Shown here in pieces: positions 16,490-25,075 of a stretch of 48,064 nt of DNA. Positions within the stretch are counted from its first letter, which is position 1, and each line of letters begins with the position of its first letter. Both the position numbers and the translations under genes were made by a program. Under the pieces are notes generated by a model. The model did no database searches. It was not told the origin of the DNA and saw only the letters and a program-made list of their open reading frames with translations. Origin of the DNA: Actinomycetota bacterium (lineage in GTDB: Bacteria; Actinomycetota; Actinomycetes; S36-B12; UBA5976); contig JBEGTB010000002.1 of NCBI GenBank assembly GCA_041179585.1, forward strand, positions 1-48,064, in the 5' to 3' direction.

Positions 16490-18454
16490 ATGTCGGATCA
16501 GGAAACATCAAAACCAAAACGTCGTGCTGCCGGAAGACCTGCTGGTCCACCTGCTGATGTGACAACTGAAGGCGACGACACTAAAAAGTCGAGCAAAAAA
16601 GCACCGATTGCTGCGCCAGTTTTCCAGGCTGCGCCAGTGGAATCTATGCCAACTAAAAAAGGTGGCAACAAGAAACCGCAGAAAAAGAATTCAGGCAAGG
16701 CCAAAGAAGAAACTGAATCAGTAGAAATCGCTAAGTCAGATTCAGATTCTGGTGAAGAGCGTGGCTCACGCCGTAACCGCAATCGTCGCGGCAAAGGCAA
16801 GAACCGTGGTCCTAAGGCCGAAGGCACCGAAACTGAATCAGTTGAAAGTGATGATATTGATTCAGCTGAAGAATCTGGCGAAGAAGAAAACCAAGCTTCG
16901 TTAAAGCGCAGCCGTAAACGTAATCGTGATGGACATGGTTCAGGTGATTCAAGTTCAACCAGAATCGATGCCAAGCGTCAGCGTCGTCGTGACGGCCGTG
17001 ACCATGGCCGCCGCCGCGCACCAATTTTGACCGAGTCAGAATTCCTAGCCCGACGTGAAAACGTTGAACGCGTAATGGTTGTTCGCCAACAAGGTGAACG
17101 CACCCAGATCGCAGTTGTTGAAGATGGCACATTAGTTGAGCACTACATCAACCAATCAAGTAGTGGTTCATTAATTGGCAACGTCTATGTTGGCCGTGTG
17201 CAAAACGTACTTCCAGGTATGGAAGCTGCGTTCGTTGATATCGGCAAGGGACGTAACGCTGTTCTTTACGCAGGTGAAGTTAACTGGGATGCTGCAGGCC
17301 TTGATGGTCAACCAAAGCGAATTGAAACGGCACTTAAGACTGGTGACACGGTTGTTGTTCAGGTAACTAAAGATCCAGTGGGTCAAAAAGGTGCACGCCT
17401 AACAAGTCAGATTTCACTTCCAGGTCGCTTCTTGGTTTATGTGCCAAATAACCCAATGACTGGCATCTCTCGCAAACTTCCAGATCGTGAACGATCACGC
17501 TTAAAGAGCATCTTGAAGCAAGTTGTTCCAGAAAATGGTGGCGTAATTGTTCGAACTGCTGCAGAAGGTGCCAGCGAAGAAGAATTAAAAAGTGACGTAG
17601 CGCGCTTAATTGCTCAATGGGAAGACATTGATGCCAAGGCGAAACAAGCAAGTCCGCCAACAATGCTTTACGCAGAACCAGATATTTCAATCAAGGTTGT
17701 TCGCGACATCTTCAGTGAAGATGTTAAGAAGCTTGTGGTTTCAGGTGATGACGCCTGGGACACAGTTGAAAACTACGTTAAATATGTAGCGCCAGATCTA
17801 CTTGAACGTGTTGAAAAATACGTTGGCTCAAAGGATGTGTTCGCTGAATACCGAATTGATGAGCAGCTAGCTAAAGCTCTTGATCGCAAGGTTTACCTGC
17901 CATCAGGTGGTTCACTTGTGATCGACCGAACTGAAGCGATGACAGTTGTTGACGTTAACACCGGTAAATTCATCGGCCAGGGTGGCAACTTGGAACAGAC
18001 TGTGACCAAGAACAACCTTGAAGCTGCTGAAGAAATTGTTCGCCAATTACGTCTTCGCGATATTGGTGGCATTATCGTGATCGACTTCATCGACATGGTT
18101 CTGGAAAGCAACCGCGATCAAGTTATTCGCAGACTTATTGAATGCCTAAGCCGTGACCGTACCAAACACCAAGTAGCTGAAGTTTCCTCACTTGGCTTAG
18201 TTCAAATGACCCGTAAGCGCATTGGTGCAGGACTTCTTGAAGTATTCAGTGAGCCTTGTGATCACTGCAATGGCCGAGGTGTGGTTATCAATATGGACGG
18301 CCAAAAGGGCGGTAAGCACAAACACCGTAACCATGACCAAGTCCTTGAGTATGGCCAGTTTGATGCCCCTTCAGCCGATGAATCTGATTCGGCAAAAACC
18401 CCTGAAAATAGTGATGATTCAGCGGGTGCTAGCGAGTCAGCAGATATGGCTTAA
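16490..18454 (+). CDS. rne: Ribonuclease E/G family (RNase E)
   Basis: It has an S1 domain GNVYVGRVQNVLPGMEAAFVDIGKGRNAVLY, a catalytic VVDVNTGKF...GGIIVIDFIDM segment and a Zn-link CDHCNGRG. ATG 16490 is preceded by AGGAGA at 9 nt. The track's GTG at 16430 lies inside the leader hairpins. The first ~190 aa are low-complexity K/R/E/S-rich. Confidence 0.88.
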   Translation: MSDQETSKPKRRAAGRPAGPPADVTTEGDDTKKSSKKAPIAAPVFQAAPVESMPTKKGGNKKPQKKNSGKAKEETESVEIAKSDSDSGEERGSRRNRNRRGKGKNRGPKAEGTETESVESDDIDSAEESGEEENQASLKRSRKRNRDGHGSGDSSSTRIDAKRQRRRDGRDHGRRRAPILTESEFLARRENVERVMVVRQQGERTQIAVVEDGTLVEHYINQSSSGSLIGNVYVGRVQNVLPGMEAAFVDIGKGRNAVLYAGEVNWDAAGLDGQPKRIETALKTGDTVVVQVTKDPVGQKGARLTSQISLPGRFLVYVPNNPMTGISRKLPDRERSRLKSILKQVVPENGGVIVRTAAEGASEEELKSDVARLIAQWEDIDAKAKQASPPTMLYAEPDISIKVVRDIFSEDVKKLVVSGDDAWDTVENYVKYVAPDLLERVEKYVGSKDVFAEYRIDEQLAKALDRKVYLPSGGSLVIDRTEAMTVVDVNTGKFIGQGGNLEQTVTKNNLEAAEEIVRQLRLRDIGGIIVIDFIDMVLESNRDQVIRRLIECLSRDRTKHQVAEVSSLGLVQMTRKRIGAGLLEVFSEPCDHCNGRGVVINMDGQKGGKHKHRNHDQVLEYGQFDAPSADESDSAKTPENSDDSAGASESADMA

Positions 18455-18482
18455 GGGGTAGGTAAACCTCAGTTTGACCCAA

Positions 18483-18534
18483 GGGCCACTTAATCCGTAA
18501 CCTTATGAGGCTTACGTTTTAAGGGTTTTGGCCC
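18483..18534 (+). promoter_or_regulatory. Extended imperfect stem-loop between rne and rplU (candidate processing site or r-protein leader)
   Basis: GGGCCACTTAA pairs with TTAAG..TGGCCC. Inside are nested CGTAA/TTACG and CCT/AGG pairs around a TATG loop, about 19 bp in total. No downstream U-tract, so it is not a classic terminator. Confidence 0.35.
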
Positions 18535-18584
18535 AAAAGCAACAATAAGCAAAGATTTCCTAAAAAGAAGTGCAAGGAGTACTC

Positions 18585-19112
18585 GTGTACGCGATCGTTC
18601 GTGCTGGTGGCCGCCAGGAGAAAGTTGCCGTTGGCGACCTAATTAGCCTTGACCGCGTTGGTTCAAAGCCAGGCGAAACTTTTACTCTTCCAACTGTCAT
18701 GATCGTTGACGGCGGAAAGATCAATTCAAAGGCAAGCAGCGTTGTTGTTACAGCTGAAGTAATTGATCACACCAAGGGCAAGAAGATTGAAATCCTTCGT
18801 TACAAGAACAAGACCGGTTACCGCCGCCGTGCAGGTCACCGCGCTGCGCTAACTGAAGTTCAAATCATTTCAATTGGCGAAAATAAGATTGCTGCTAGCG
18901 ACAAGATTGCTGCAAAGACAGGCAAGAAAGTTGTTAACAAGACTGCTAAGAAAACAGTTAGCGTGCCAAAGGCTGAAAAGCCAGTTGCTGATGCTCCAGT
19001 AGCTGCAAAGAAAGCTCAAGCTAAAAAAGCTCCAGCCAAGAAAGCTGCTCCTGCAAAGAAGGCAGCCCCAGCAAAGAAAGCGCCTGCTAAAAAAGCAGCG
19101 CCTAAGAAGTAG
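18585..19112 (+). CDS. rplU: 50S ribosomal protein L21 with a ~70-aa Lys/Ala/Pro-rich C-terminal extension
   Basis: MYAIVRAGGRQEKVAVGDL...ILRYKNKTGYRRRAGHR is a canonical L21 core. GTG 18585 lies 5 nt after AAGGAG. The tail is AAKKAQAKKAPAKKAAPAKKAAPAKKAPAKKAAPKK. Confidence 0.9.
   Translation: MYAIVRAGGRQEKVAVGDLISLDRVGSKPGETFTLPTVMIVDGGKINSKASSVVVTAEVIDHTKGKKIEILRYKNKTGYRRRAGHRAALTEVQIISIGENKIAASDKIAAKTGKKVVNKTAKKTVSVPKAEKPVADAPVAAKKAQAKKAPAKKAAPAKKAAPAKKAPAKKAAPKK
19002..19109 (+). repeat. Imperfect in-frame tandem repeats encoding (P)AKKA(A) units
   Basis: GCN-AAR-AAR-GCN-CCN units are repeated about 7 times with synonymous variation at the 3' end of rplU. Confidence 0.8.
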
Positions 19113-19122
19113 TAGGTGAACT

Positions 19123-19374
19123 ATGGCTCATAAAAAAGGTGCCTCCAGTACCCGCAACGGTCGCGATTCAAATTCACAGCGCTTAGGTGTGAAGCGTTTC
19201 GGTGGTCAACTAGTTAACGCTGGTGAAATCATCATTCGTCAACGTGGTACTCACTTCCACCCAGGTAACAATGTTGGCCGTGGTGGCGATGACACACTAT
19301 TCGCACTTGCAGCTGGCGCGGTTGAATTCGGCTCACGTCGTGGCCGTCGCGTAATCAACGTTATTCCTGAATAA
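19123..19374 (+). CDS. rpmA: 50S ribosomal protein L27
   Basis: [29 protein letters not shown]...[15 protein letters not shown], a canonical L27. Confidence 0.95.
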   Translation: MAHKKGASSTRNGRDSNSQRLGVKRFGGQLVNAGEIIIRQRGTHFHPGNNVGRGGDDTLFALAAGAVEFGSRRGRRVINVIPE

Positions 19375-19412
19375 GAAAATTTCCGGAATCAACTAAAAGA
19401 AAAAATTCGATT

Positions 19413-19446
19413 GGCGGGCCCACTGATAGGGCCCGCTTTTCTTTTG
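19413..19446 (+). terminator. Rho-independent terminator after rpmA
   Basis: GCGGGCCC-ACTGATA-GGGCCCGC forms an 8-bp GC stem, followed by TTTTCTTTT. Confidence 0.8.
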
Positions 19447-19459
19447 AAAGGAGTGCTAC

Positions 19460-20935
19460 ATGACTACATTCGTCGATCGTGTAGTACTTCACGTTGCAGG
19501 TGGCGATGGTGGCCATGGTTGTGCTTCGGTTCACCGCGAAAAATTTAAACCACTGGGTGGACCTGATGGCGGTAACGGTGGCAAAGGTGGCGACGTTGTT
19601 CTAGTTGTTGAACCAGCTGTAACAACTTTGCTTGACTACCACCGCAGCCCACATCGCAGCGCAACCAATGGAAAGCCAGGACATGGCGATCACAAAAATG
19701 GTGCATTCGGTCCTGATCTAGAACTTCCAGTTCCTGAAGGAACTGTTGTTTCGTTAAGTGATGGAACTGTCCTTGCTGACTTAGTTGGCGCAGGAACCAG
19801 GTTTGTAATCGCTGAAGGTGGCCGCGGAGGACTAGGCAATGCTGCCCTTGCCTCAACTAGACGCCGGGCTCCAGGCTTTGCCCTTCTTGGTGAACCAGGT
19901 GTTACTCGCGATGTTGTTCTTGAATTAAAGACGGTTGCTGATGTTGGTCTGATTGGTTTCCCAAGTGCAGGCAAGTCCTCGCTCATTGCTGCCATGTCAG
20001 CAGCTAGACCAAAGATTGCTGATTACCCATTCACAACTTTGGAACCAAACTTAGGTGTTGTTCGCTCAGGTGACATGGTTTTCACCATGGCTGATGTGCC
20101 AGGTTTAATTCCAGGGGCGAGCGAAGGTAAAGGTCTTGGCCTTGAATTCCTTCGACACATCGAACGTTGCGCCGCGCTTGTTCATGTTCTTGACTGCGCA
20201 ACTTTAGAACCAGGCCGTGATCCAGTTGGCGACCTTGATGCAATTGAGCACGAACTTGCCCAATACGGTGGCCTGTCTGATCGACCACGCATTGTTGTTT
20301 TAAATAAAGTCGATATTCCTGAAGGCCGCGACTTAGCGGAAATTGTCCTTCCAGATTTACATGCTCGTGGTTATCGAACATTTCTAGTTTCAGCAGTTAG
20401 CCATGAAGGCTTACGTGAACTTGGTTTTGCACTTGCTGAGATTGTTAAAGATGCTCGTCAGGCAGCCGTTCTTGCGGCCGAAAGCCGCCCACGCGTTTTG
20501 GTTAAACCAAAATCAGTTGATGACACAGGCTTCACAGTTACAGTCGAAAATGGTGGCGACCATGTTCGTTATCGCATTCGCGGTGAACGCCCAGAACGCT
20601 GGGTTCGCCAAACAGATTTCTCTAATGATGAAGCAGTTGGCTACTTAGCTGATCGCCTAGCACGCGCTGGTATTGAAGTTGCCCTGGCTAAAGCTGGCGC
20701 AGTCGCCGGAAGTGAAGTGTTGATTGGTGGACATGAGAACGCTGTTGTCTTTGACTGGCAACCAACTCTTGTTGAACTGCATCAGGGTCCACGTGGAACC
20801 GATGAACGCCTGATCGATAACAATCGTCCAGGTGCAGCCGAACGTTTGGCCGCGCACCGTGAGCGTCAGTATGGAACCGGTGAACCAATCGAACTAGATG
20901 AAATTGATCTAGGCGAAGAAGATCTCGAAGATTAA
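19460..20935 (+). CDS. obg: GTPase Obg/CgtA
   Basis: 491 aa. It has an N-terminal glycine-rich Obg fold ([30 protein letters not shown]), G1 [10 protein letters not shown]3 DVPGLI, G4 NKVD and a C-terminal OCT-like domain. AAGGAG SD upstream. Confidence 0.93.
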   Translation: MTTFVDRVVLHVAGGDGGHGCASVHREKFKPLGGPDGGNGGKGGDVVLVVEPAVTTLLDYHRSPHRSATNGKPGHGDHKNGAFGPDLELPVPEGTVVSLSDGTVLADLVGAGTRFVIAEGGRGGLGNAALASTRRRAPGFALLGEPGVTRDVVLELKTVADVGLIGFPSAGKSSLIAAMSAARPKIADYPFTTLEPNLGVVRSGDMVFTMADVPGLIPGASEGKGLGLEFLRHIERCAALVHVLDCATLEPGRDPVGDLDAIEHELAQYGGLSDRPRIVVLNKVDIPEGRDLAEIVLPDLHARGYRTFLVSAVSHEGLRELGFALAEIVKDARQAAVLAAESRPRVLVKPKSVDDTGFTVTVENGGDHVRYRIRGERPERWVRQTDFSNDEAVGYLADRLARAGIEVALAKAGAVAGSEVLIGGHENAVVFDWQPTLVELHQGPRGTDERLIDNNRPGAAERLAAHRERQYGTGEPIELDEIDLGEEDLED

Positions 20936-22047
20936 TTTCCTGGAAGTTTCCATTGGTTAACTTTTTGCGTTCCACCCATTGCTAAGTCAGCTGTAATTTT
21001 TCCAATTATTGGCACAAATTTGTAGCCATGGCCAGAACATGGCGAACAAATAGTTAACGGTCCGATTCGATCCAGTACAAAATGTTCATCCGGAGTATTT
21101 GTAAAAACACAACTAATTGTTTTAGCAGTGTCAATCTGCAATCCTGGAAACCATTGCTCGACGTATTTATTTTGGTTATTTAATAATTCAAGGTTTTGGG
21201 AAAAATCACGATTGTCTGGATCGATCGGCGGCGTATTGGCCCAAGTGCCAACTTTCATTCCTTCACCTGGCGTAAACAAACCGTATGCACTAAATGCCAG
21301 ATTTGTTTCAACGCGCTTTTGGCCACCATGGTGAATAAAACTTGGCCAGTATTTTTGGGAATCTAATTCTTTAATTGGCAAGTAATGTGCTGGTTGACCA
21401 GAATCAATCGTGATCGTCGGCAACTTAACGAAATCGCCAACCAGTTTTTCAATCCAGCCACCCGCTGCTACAACTACTGACTTTGATGAATACTCATTTT
21501 GATCAGTTGTAACAATTGCCTTGTCACTTTGAATTTTTATAGCCAGCACTCTTGTATTTGTCTTGATTTGTCCGCCAAGTTGAAAAATACGCTTGGCTAA
21601 ATTTTCCTGCGTGCGGGCAGCATTTGACCTGCCACCATCTGGACTGAATACAACACGATTTTGAAATTCCATGCCTGGCCATTTTTCTTTGGCCTGCTCA
21701 ACGGATAGCGATTCAGATTTAAGTCCGTGGCGAGCTAGAGCATTTTCAACATCGGTTAGTGCTTCTTCTTGACCGTGATCAAGTTGGCCAATCTGCTCGA
21801 GTAATACTGAATTTGTTTCACTTTCTAGAGCACGCCAGTAATTAATACTTTCCAGGGCAAGATTTGTGTAAAGGGGATCGCGGTATGAAACACGGAAGAT
21901 TCGAGTTTCCCCATGCGAGCTGCCATTCTTGTGATCAAGTTCGAACTGTTCAAGAACTAATACTTCTTGGCCACGGCTTGCCAGCTGCCAGGCAGTAGCA
22001 AGGCCCATGGCTCCAGCACCAATAACTATGTGGTCAACTTGTTCCAT
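20932..22047 (-). CDS. FAD-dependent amine oxidase, monomeric sarcosine oxidase / N-methyltryptophan oxidase-like
   Basis: 371 aa with dinucleotide fold [29 protein letters not shown] and a C-terminal CSGHGYKF motif. From memory, that resembles the MSOX/MTOX covalent-flavin region. AGGAAA SD upstream. Confidence 0.7.
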   Translation of the reverse strand: MEQVDHIVIGAGAMGLATAWQLASRGQEVLVLEQFELDHKNGSSHGETRIFRVSYRDPLYTNLALESINYWRALESETNSVLLEQIGQLDHGQEEALTDVENALARHGLKSESLSVEQAKEKWPGMEFQNRVVFSPDGGRSNAARTQENLAKRIFQLGGQIKTNTRVLAIKIQSDKAIVTTDQNEYSSKSVVVAAGGWIEKLVGDFVKLPTITIDSGQPAHYLPIKELDSQKYWPSFIHHGGQKRVETNLAFSAYGLFTPGEGMKVGTWANTPPIDPDNRDFSQNLELLNNQNKYVEQWFPGLQIDTAKTISCVFTNTPDEHFVLDRIGPLTICSPCSGHGYKFVPIIGKITADLAMGGTQKVNQWKLPGN

Positions 22048-22144
22048 AATTTTCCTAATTTAACCCAAATCTAGATCTTTACTAGGCTGTTAGGTGAAAG
22101 CGCTGAAATAGTGCAGTTTTTACTTTTTGAAATATTGAGGCTTA

Positions 22145-22711
22145 ATGCGAATCGGAATAATAGGTGGAACTTTTGACCCGATCCATATCGCACATTTAGT
22201 TGCGGCAAGTGAAGTTTGCCAAACTTTGAACCTTGATCAAGTTCTTTTTATTCCAGCAGGAAATCCTTGGCAAAAAAGTGGGACTCAAATTAGCCCTGGG
22301 CAAACGCGCCTTCAACTAGTTGATCTTGCAATCTCTGGCGATGGCAGGTTTGGCTCAAGTGACATTGAAATAACCAGAACTGGTGAAACCTACGCGATCG
22401 ACACTGTTCGCCAGTTGATCAGCGATAATCCAGATAATCAATACTTCTGGATAGTTGGGGCAGATGCACTTGTTGGCTTGCCCACCTGGCACAACTTTGA
22501 AGAATTAAAGAATTTAATCGAAATCGTTGCAGTTAATCGAAATGGCATTGACCACGCGCAAGTTGATTTTGAATACACCTTTGTTCAAATCCCAGAAATT
22601 AATATCTCGTCTACGGAAATTAGAGCCAGAGTCAAAACAGGCAAAGAAATTAAATATTTAGTGCCAACTGGTGTTGAAAAATTCATTAAAGAATCAGGTT
22701 TATATAAATAG
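22145..22711 (+). CDS. nadD: Nicotinate-nucleotide adenylyltransferase
   Basis: 188 aa with GGTFDPIHIAHL (HxGH-type motif) and ISSTEIR near the C-terminus. Confidence 0.9.
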   Translation: MRIGIIGGTFDPIHIAHLVAASEVCQTLNLDQVLFIPAGNPWQKSGTQISPGQTRLQLVDLAISGDGRFGSSDIEITRTGETYAIDTVRQLISDNPDNQYFWIVGADALVGLPTWHNFEELKNLIEIVAVNRNGIDHAQVDFEYTFVQIPEINISSTEIRARVKTGKEIKYLVPTGVEKFIKESGLYK

Positions 22712-23865
22712 TGAATCGAATTCCTGAATTCTTAAAGTGGCTAGTGGTAACCGTTGTTTCACTTGCCCTTTTAACAACTTTTTTCTTCATTCGCGGTCAA
22801 CAGCAACCAGATGTGGTTACTAATCCCGTTGAAGCAGGCGAATTGAAAACACTTTTGATTCAGTTGGCGGCTGATGATAAACAGACGGGTGGACTTGCAC
22901 TTTTAGTTAAAGAAGAAAAAGTTGGTCTGCGAGTTTTCAATATTTCACCAAGAGTTGTGTCGCTATTTGGCAATAACGGCTTAATGACCGCTGCCCAAGC
23001 CGGAACACAAGTTGCGCCAGATGTGGTTGCACAGGCTTTAGCTTCTGCTACTGGAATTCGTATTGACGGCACATTAACTATGCAACGTTTAGCTATCGCT
23101 GGTTTAGTCGACGGTGTTGGCGGTGTCCAAGTTGATGCAAAATCAGGACTATTGGTCAGCGGCCCGCAGGAAGAAGCCAAGTATGTCGCGCCTGGCATTC
23201 AAACCTTAGATGGCCAACATGCTGCTGGATACGCAATGATTCGCCAAGTAATTGAAACCGAAGACGATCAAATAGAGCGCATGAATGAAATTATTCGGGC
23301 ACTATTTAGCAAACTTCCAGAGGATTTAGCCAAAGCGGAAGAAACTATCGTGGCTTTAGGTTCACTTGCACGATCAAATGTTTCAACAGCTGATATTTCA
23401 AAGTTTCTAGTTTCGCTTAACCAAGAAAATCTTTGGCAAAGTGTTAAATTCACAAGTGTTGTTACCGATCCATCCGAGCTGCAATTAAGTGGTGGATCAG
23501 ATTGGCTTCGAGTGAGACAGCCCGATAATTTTAAAAAAGTTGCCAAAATAGCGCCACGATCTCTGATGCACTTCACAGACACCAATATGCGTGTCGAAGT
23601 TGCTACATCATTACCAACTGATCGCGCTCTGATTGCTAGCCAAATTGCAGAGCTTGGATTTGATTTTATTGACGGTGGTTATTCGCGCACTCCAGAAGTG
23701 ACCACGATCCGGACCAGCGCCAGCGTCAACAAAGAAGATATTGAAAAACTCAAAGCCAAACTTGGACTTGAAGAAATCACTGAAACCTGGGATTTCACTT
23801 TGGCTGGCTATGCGGATGTTCGATTAGTAATCGGCGCAGACTATGTTAAGAAAAAAACAGGGTAA
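22711..23865 (+). CDS. Membrane-anchored LCP-like protein with LytR_C-like C-terminal domain (apparently degenerate LCP core)
   Basis: 384 aa with one N-terminal TM helix. The central region has weak LCP resemblance (LDGQHAAGYAMIRQ....DDQIERMNEIIRALFSKL). The C-terminal MRVEVATSLPTDRALIASQIAELGF is LytR_C-like. It sits between nadD and rsfS, as I recall for other actinobacteria. Confidence 0.45.
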   Translation: MNRIPEFLKWLVVTVVSLALLTTFFFIRGQQQPDVVTNPVEAGELKTLLIQLAADDKQTGGLALLVKEEKVGLRVFNISPRVVSLFGNNGLMTAAQAGTQVAPDVVAQALASATGIRIDGTLTMQRLAIAGLVDGVGGVQVDAKSGLLVSGPQEEAKYVAPGIQTLDGQHAAGYAMIRQVIETEDDQIERMNEIIRALFSKLPEDLAKAEETIVALGSLARSNVSTADISKFLVSLNQENLWQSVKFTSVVTDPSELQLSGGSDWLRVRQPDNFKKVAKIAPRSLMHFTDTNMRVEVATSLPTDRALIASQIAELGFDFIDGGYSRTPEVTTIRTSASVNKEDIEKLKAKLGLEEITETWDFTLAGYADVRLVIGADYVKKKTG

Positions 23866-23879
23866 GAAAGCGAATTAGA

Positions 23880-24239
23880 TTGTCAGCCTCACCTCAAGCA
23901 ATAGAAATTGCCAAAATTGCAGCTCAAGCAGCCCACGATAAGAAAGCCGAGAATATCGCCCTGCTTGATGTCAGTGATCACTTAGTTATCACTGACATCT
24001 TTGTTATTGCTTCTGCGAACAATGAACCACAAGTTGGTGCGATTGTGGATGCGGTTGAAAAAGCATTAAGCGAAAAGGGATTAAAGCCAATTCGCCGTGA
24101 AGGCGAACGTGAAGGCAAGTGGGTATTACTCGATTACTTTGACATTGTGGTTCACATTCAACAGGCCGAAGAGCGAACTCTTTACGATCTTGAACGCTTG
24201 TGGAGAGACTGCCCACATATCAAAGTTGATTTAGCATGA
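23880..24239 (+). CDS. rsfS: Ribosome silencing factor RsfS
   Basis: 119 aa with DKKAENIALLDVSDHLVITDIFVIASANNEPQVGAI...WVLLDYFDIVVHIQ, typical of RsfS/IojAP. TTG start. Confidence 0.88.
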   Translation: MSASPQAIEIAKIAAQAAHDKKAENIALLDVSDHLVITDIFVIASANNEPQVGAIVDAVEKALSEKGLKPIRREGEREGKWVLLDYFDIVVHIQQAEERTLYDLERLWRDCPHIKVDLA

Positions 24240-24895
24240 GCAATCGACGAATAGTACTTTGGCGCCATGGCCGCACATCTTGGAATTCGATCAATCGCTT
24301 CCAGGGCCAAGAAGACGTTCCACTTGATGAAGTTGGTATAGATCAAGTTAGAAGAGCTGCCCAAACTTTAATTGGCCTTAAGCCCGTGAAGATTGTTTCA
24401 AGTGATCTTGAACGTGCTCGGGTAACCGGCGAAGCCCTTGGTGCACTTGCTGGATTAACCGTGACTACTGATCCAGATTTACGTGAAACTTTTGCTGGCG
24501 TTTGGCAAGGTTTAACTCGAACTGAGATCATCGAAAGATTTCCAGTCGAGTTTGCTGCTTGGGGTGGCGATTCAGATATCAGACCAGGTGGGGGCGAAAA
24601 CAGATTGGAAGTTGCCGATCGAGTGATTAGGGCGATCGATCGCGCACTAATTGATGTGCCAGAAAATGGCACTTTAGTAATTGCTTCTCACGGCGGTGCC
24701 CTTCGCGCTGGACTTGGTCGATTACTTGGACTTGAACCAGCCCAGTGGGCAGCACTTGGTGTACTAGCAAATGCACAGTGGACGGTATTAACGGAATTAG
24801 ATCCCGCCACACCAAGACCAGCCGGGCTTAATTGGCGATTACAGGAATACAACGCCGGATCATTGCCAGAACCAGCAATGGCTGATGACAAATAA
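24236..24895 (+). CDS. Histidine phosphatase family protein (PGM/GpgP-like)
   Basis: 219 aa with catalytic RHGRTSWN motif and a later SHGG motif. ATGA overlap with the rsfS stop. The conserved partner of rsfS in actinobacteria. Confidence 0.8.
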   Translation: MSNRRIVLWRHGRTSWNSINRFQGQEDVPLDEVGIDQVRRAAQTLIGLKPVKIVSSDLERARVTGEALGALAGLTVTTDPDLRETFAGVWQGLTRTEIIERFPVEFAAWGGDSDIRPGGGENRLEVADRVIRAIDRALIDVPENGTLVIASHGGALRAGLGRLLGLEPAQWAALGVLANAQWTVLTELDPATPRPAGLNWRLQEYNAGSLPEPAMADDK

Positions 24896-24947
24896 TTACC
24901 CAATTTCGTATGGGTATTTTGTTGCACTAAAGTAGTTCAAGTTCGAC

Positions 24948-25020
24948 GGGGCTATAGCGCAGCTGGTAGCGCACTTGCATGGCATGCAAGGGGTCAGGGG
25001 TTCAAATCCCCTTAGCTCCA
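24948..25020 (+). tRNA. tRNA-Ala (anticodon GGC), CCA not encoded
   Basis: GGGGCTATAGCGCAGCTGGTAGCGCACTTGCATGGCATGCAAGGGGTCAGGGGTTCAAATCCCCTTAGCTCCA. It has the G3:U70 identity pair and anticodon loop ATGGCAT. Confidence 0.92.
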
Positions 25021-25025
25021 CAAAT

Positions 25026-25062
25026 AAAAATGACCGGAATAATTCCGGTCATTTTTATTTTT
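25026..25062. terminator. Bidirectional rho-independent terminator
   Basis: AAAAA-TGACCGGAA-TAA-TTCCGGTCA-TTTTTATTTTT. A perfect 9-bp stem is flanked by an A-tract and a T-tract. It lies between tRNA-Ala (+) and the convergent proline-racemase-family gene (-). Confidence 0.8.
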
Positions 25063-25075
25063 ACGGTTTTAAGTT

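Noticed and set aside
16498-16974. 158-aa ORF antisense to the 5' part of rne
   Set aside because: It lies entirely opposite the low-complexity K/R/E/S-rich coding region of RNase E. Its own sequence is low-complexity (S/P/L/R-rich) with no start context. This is a typical shadow ORF.
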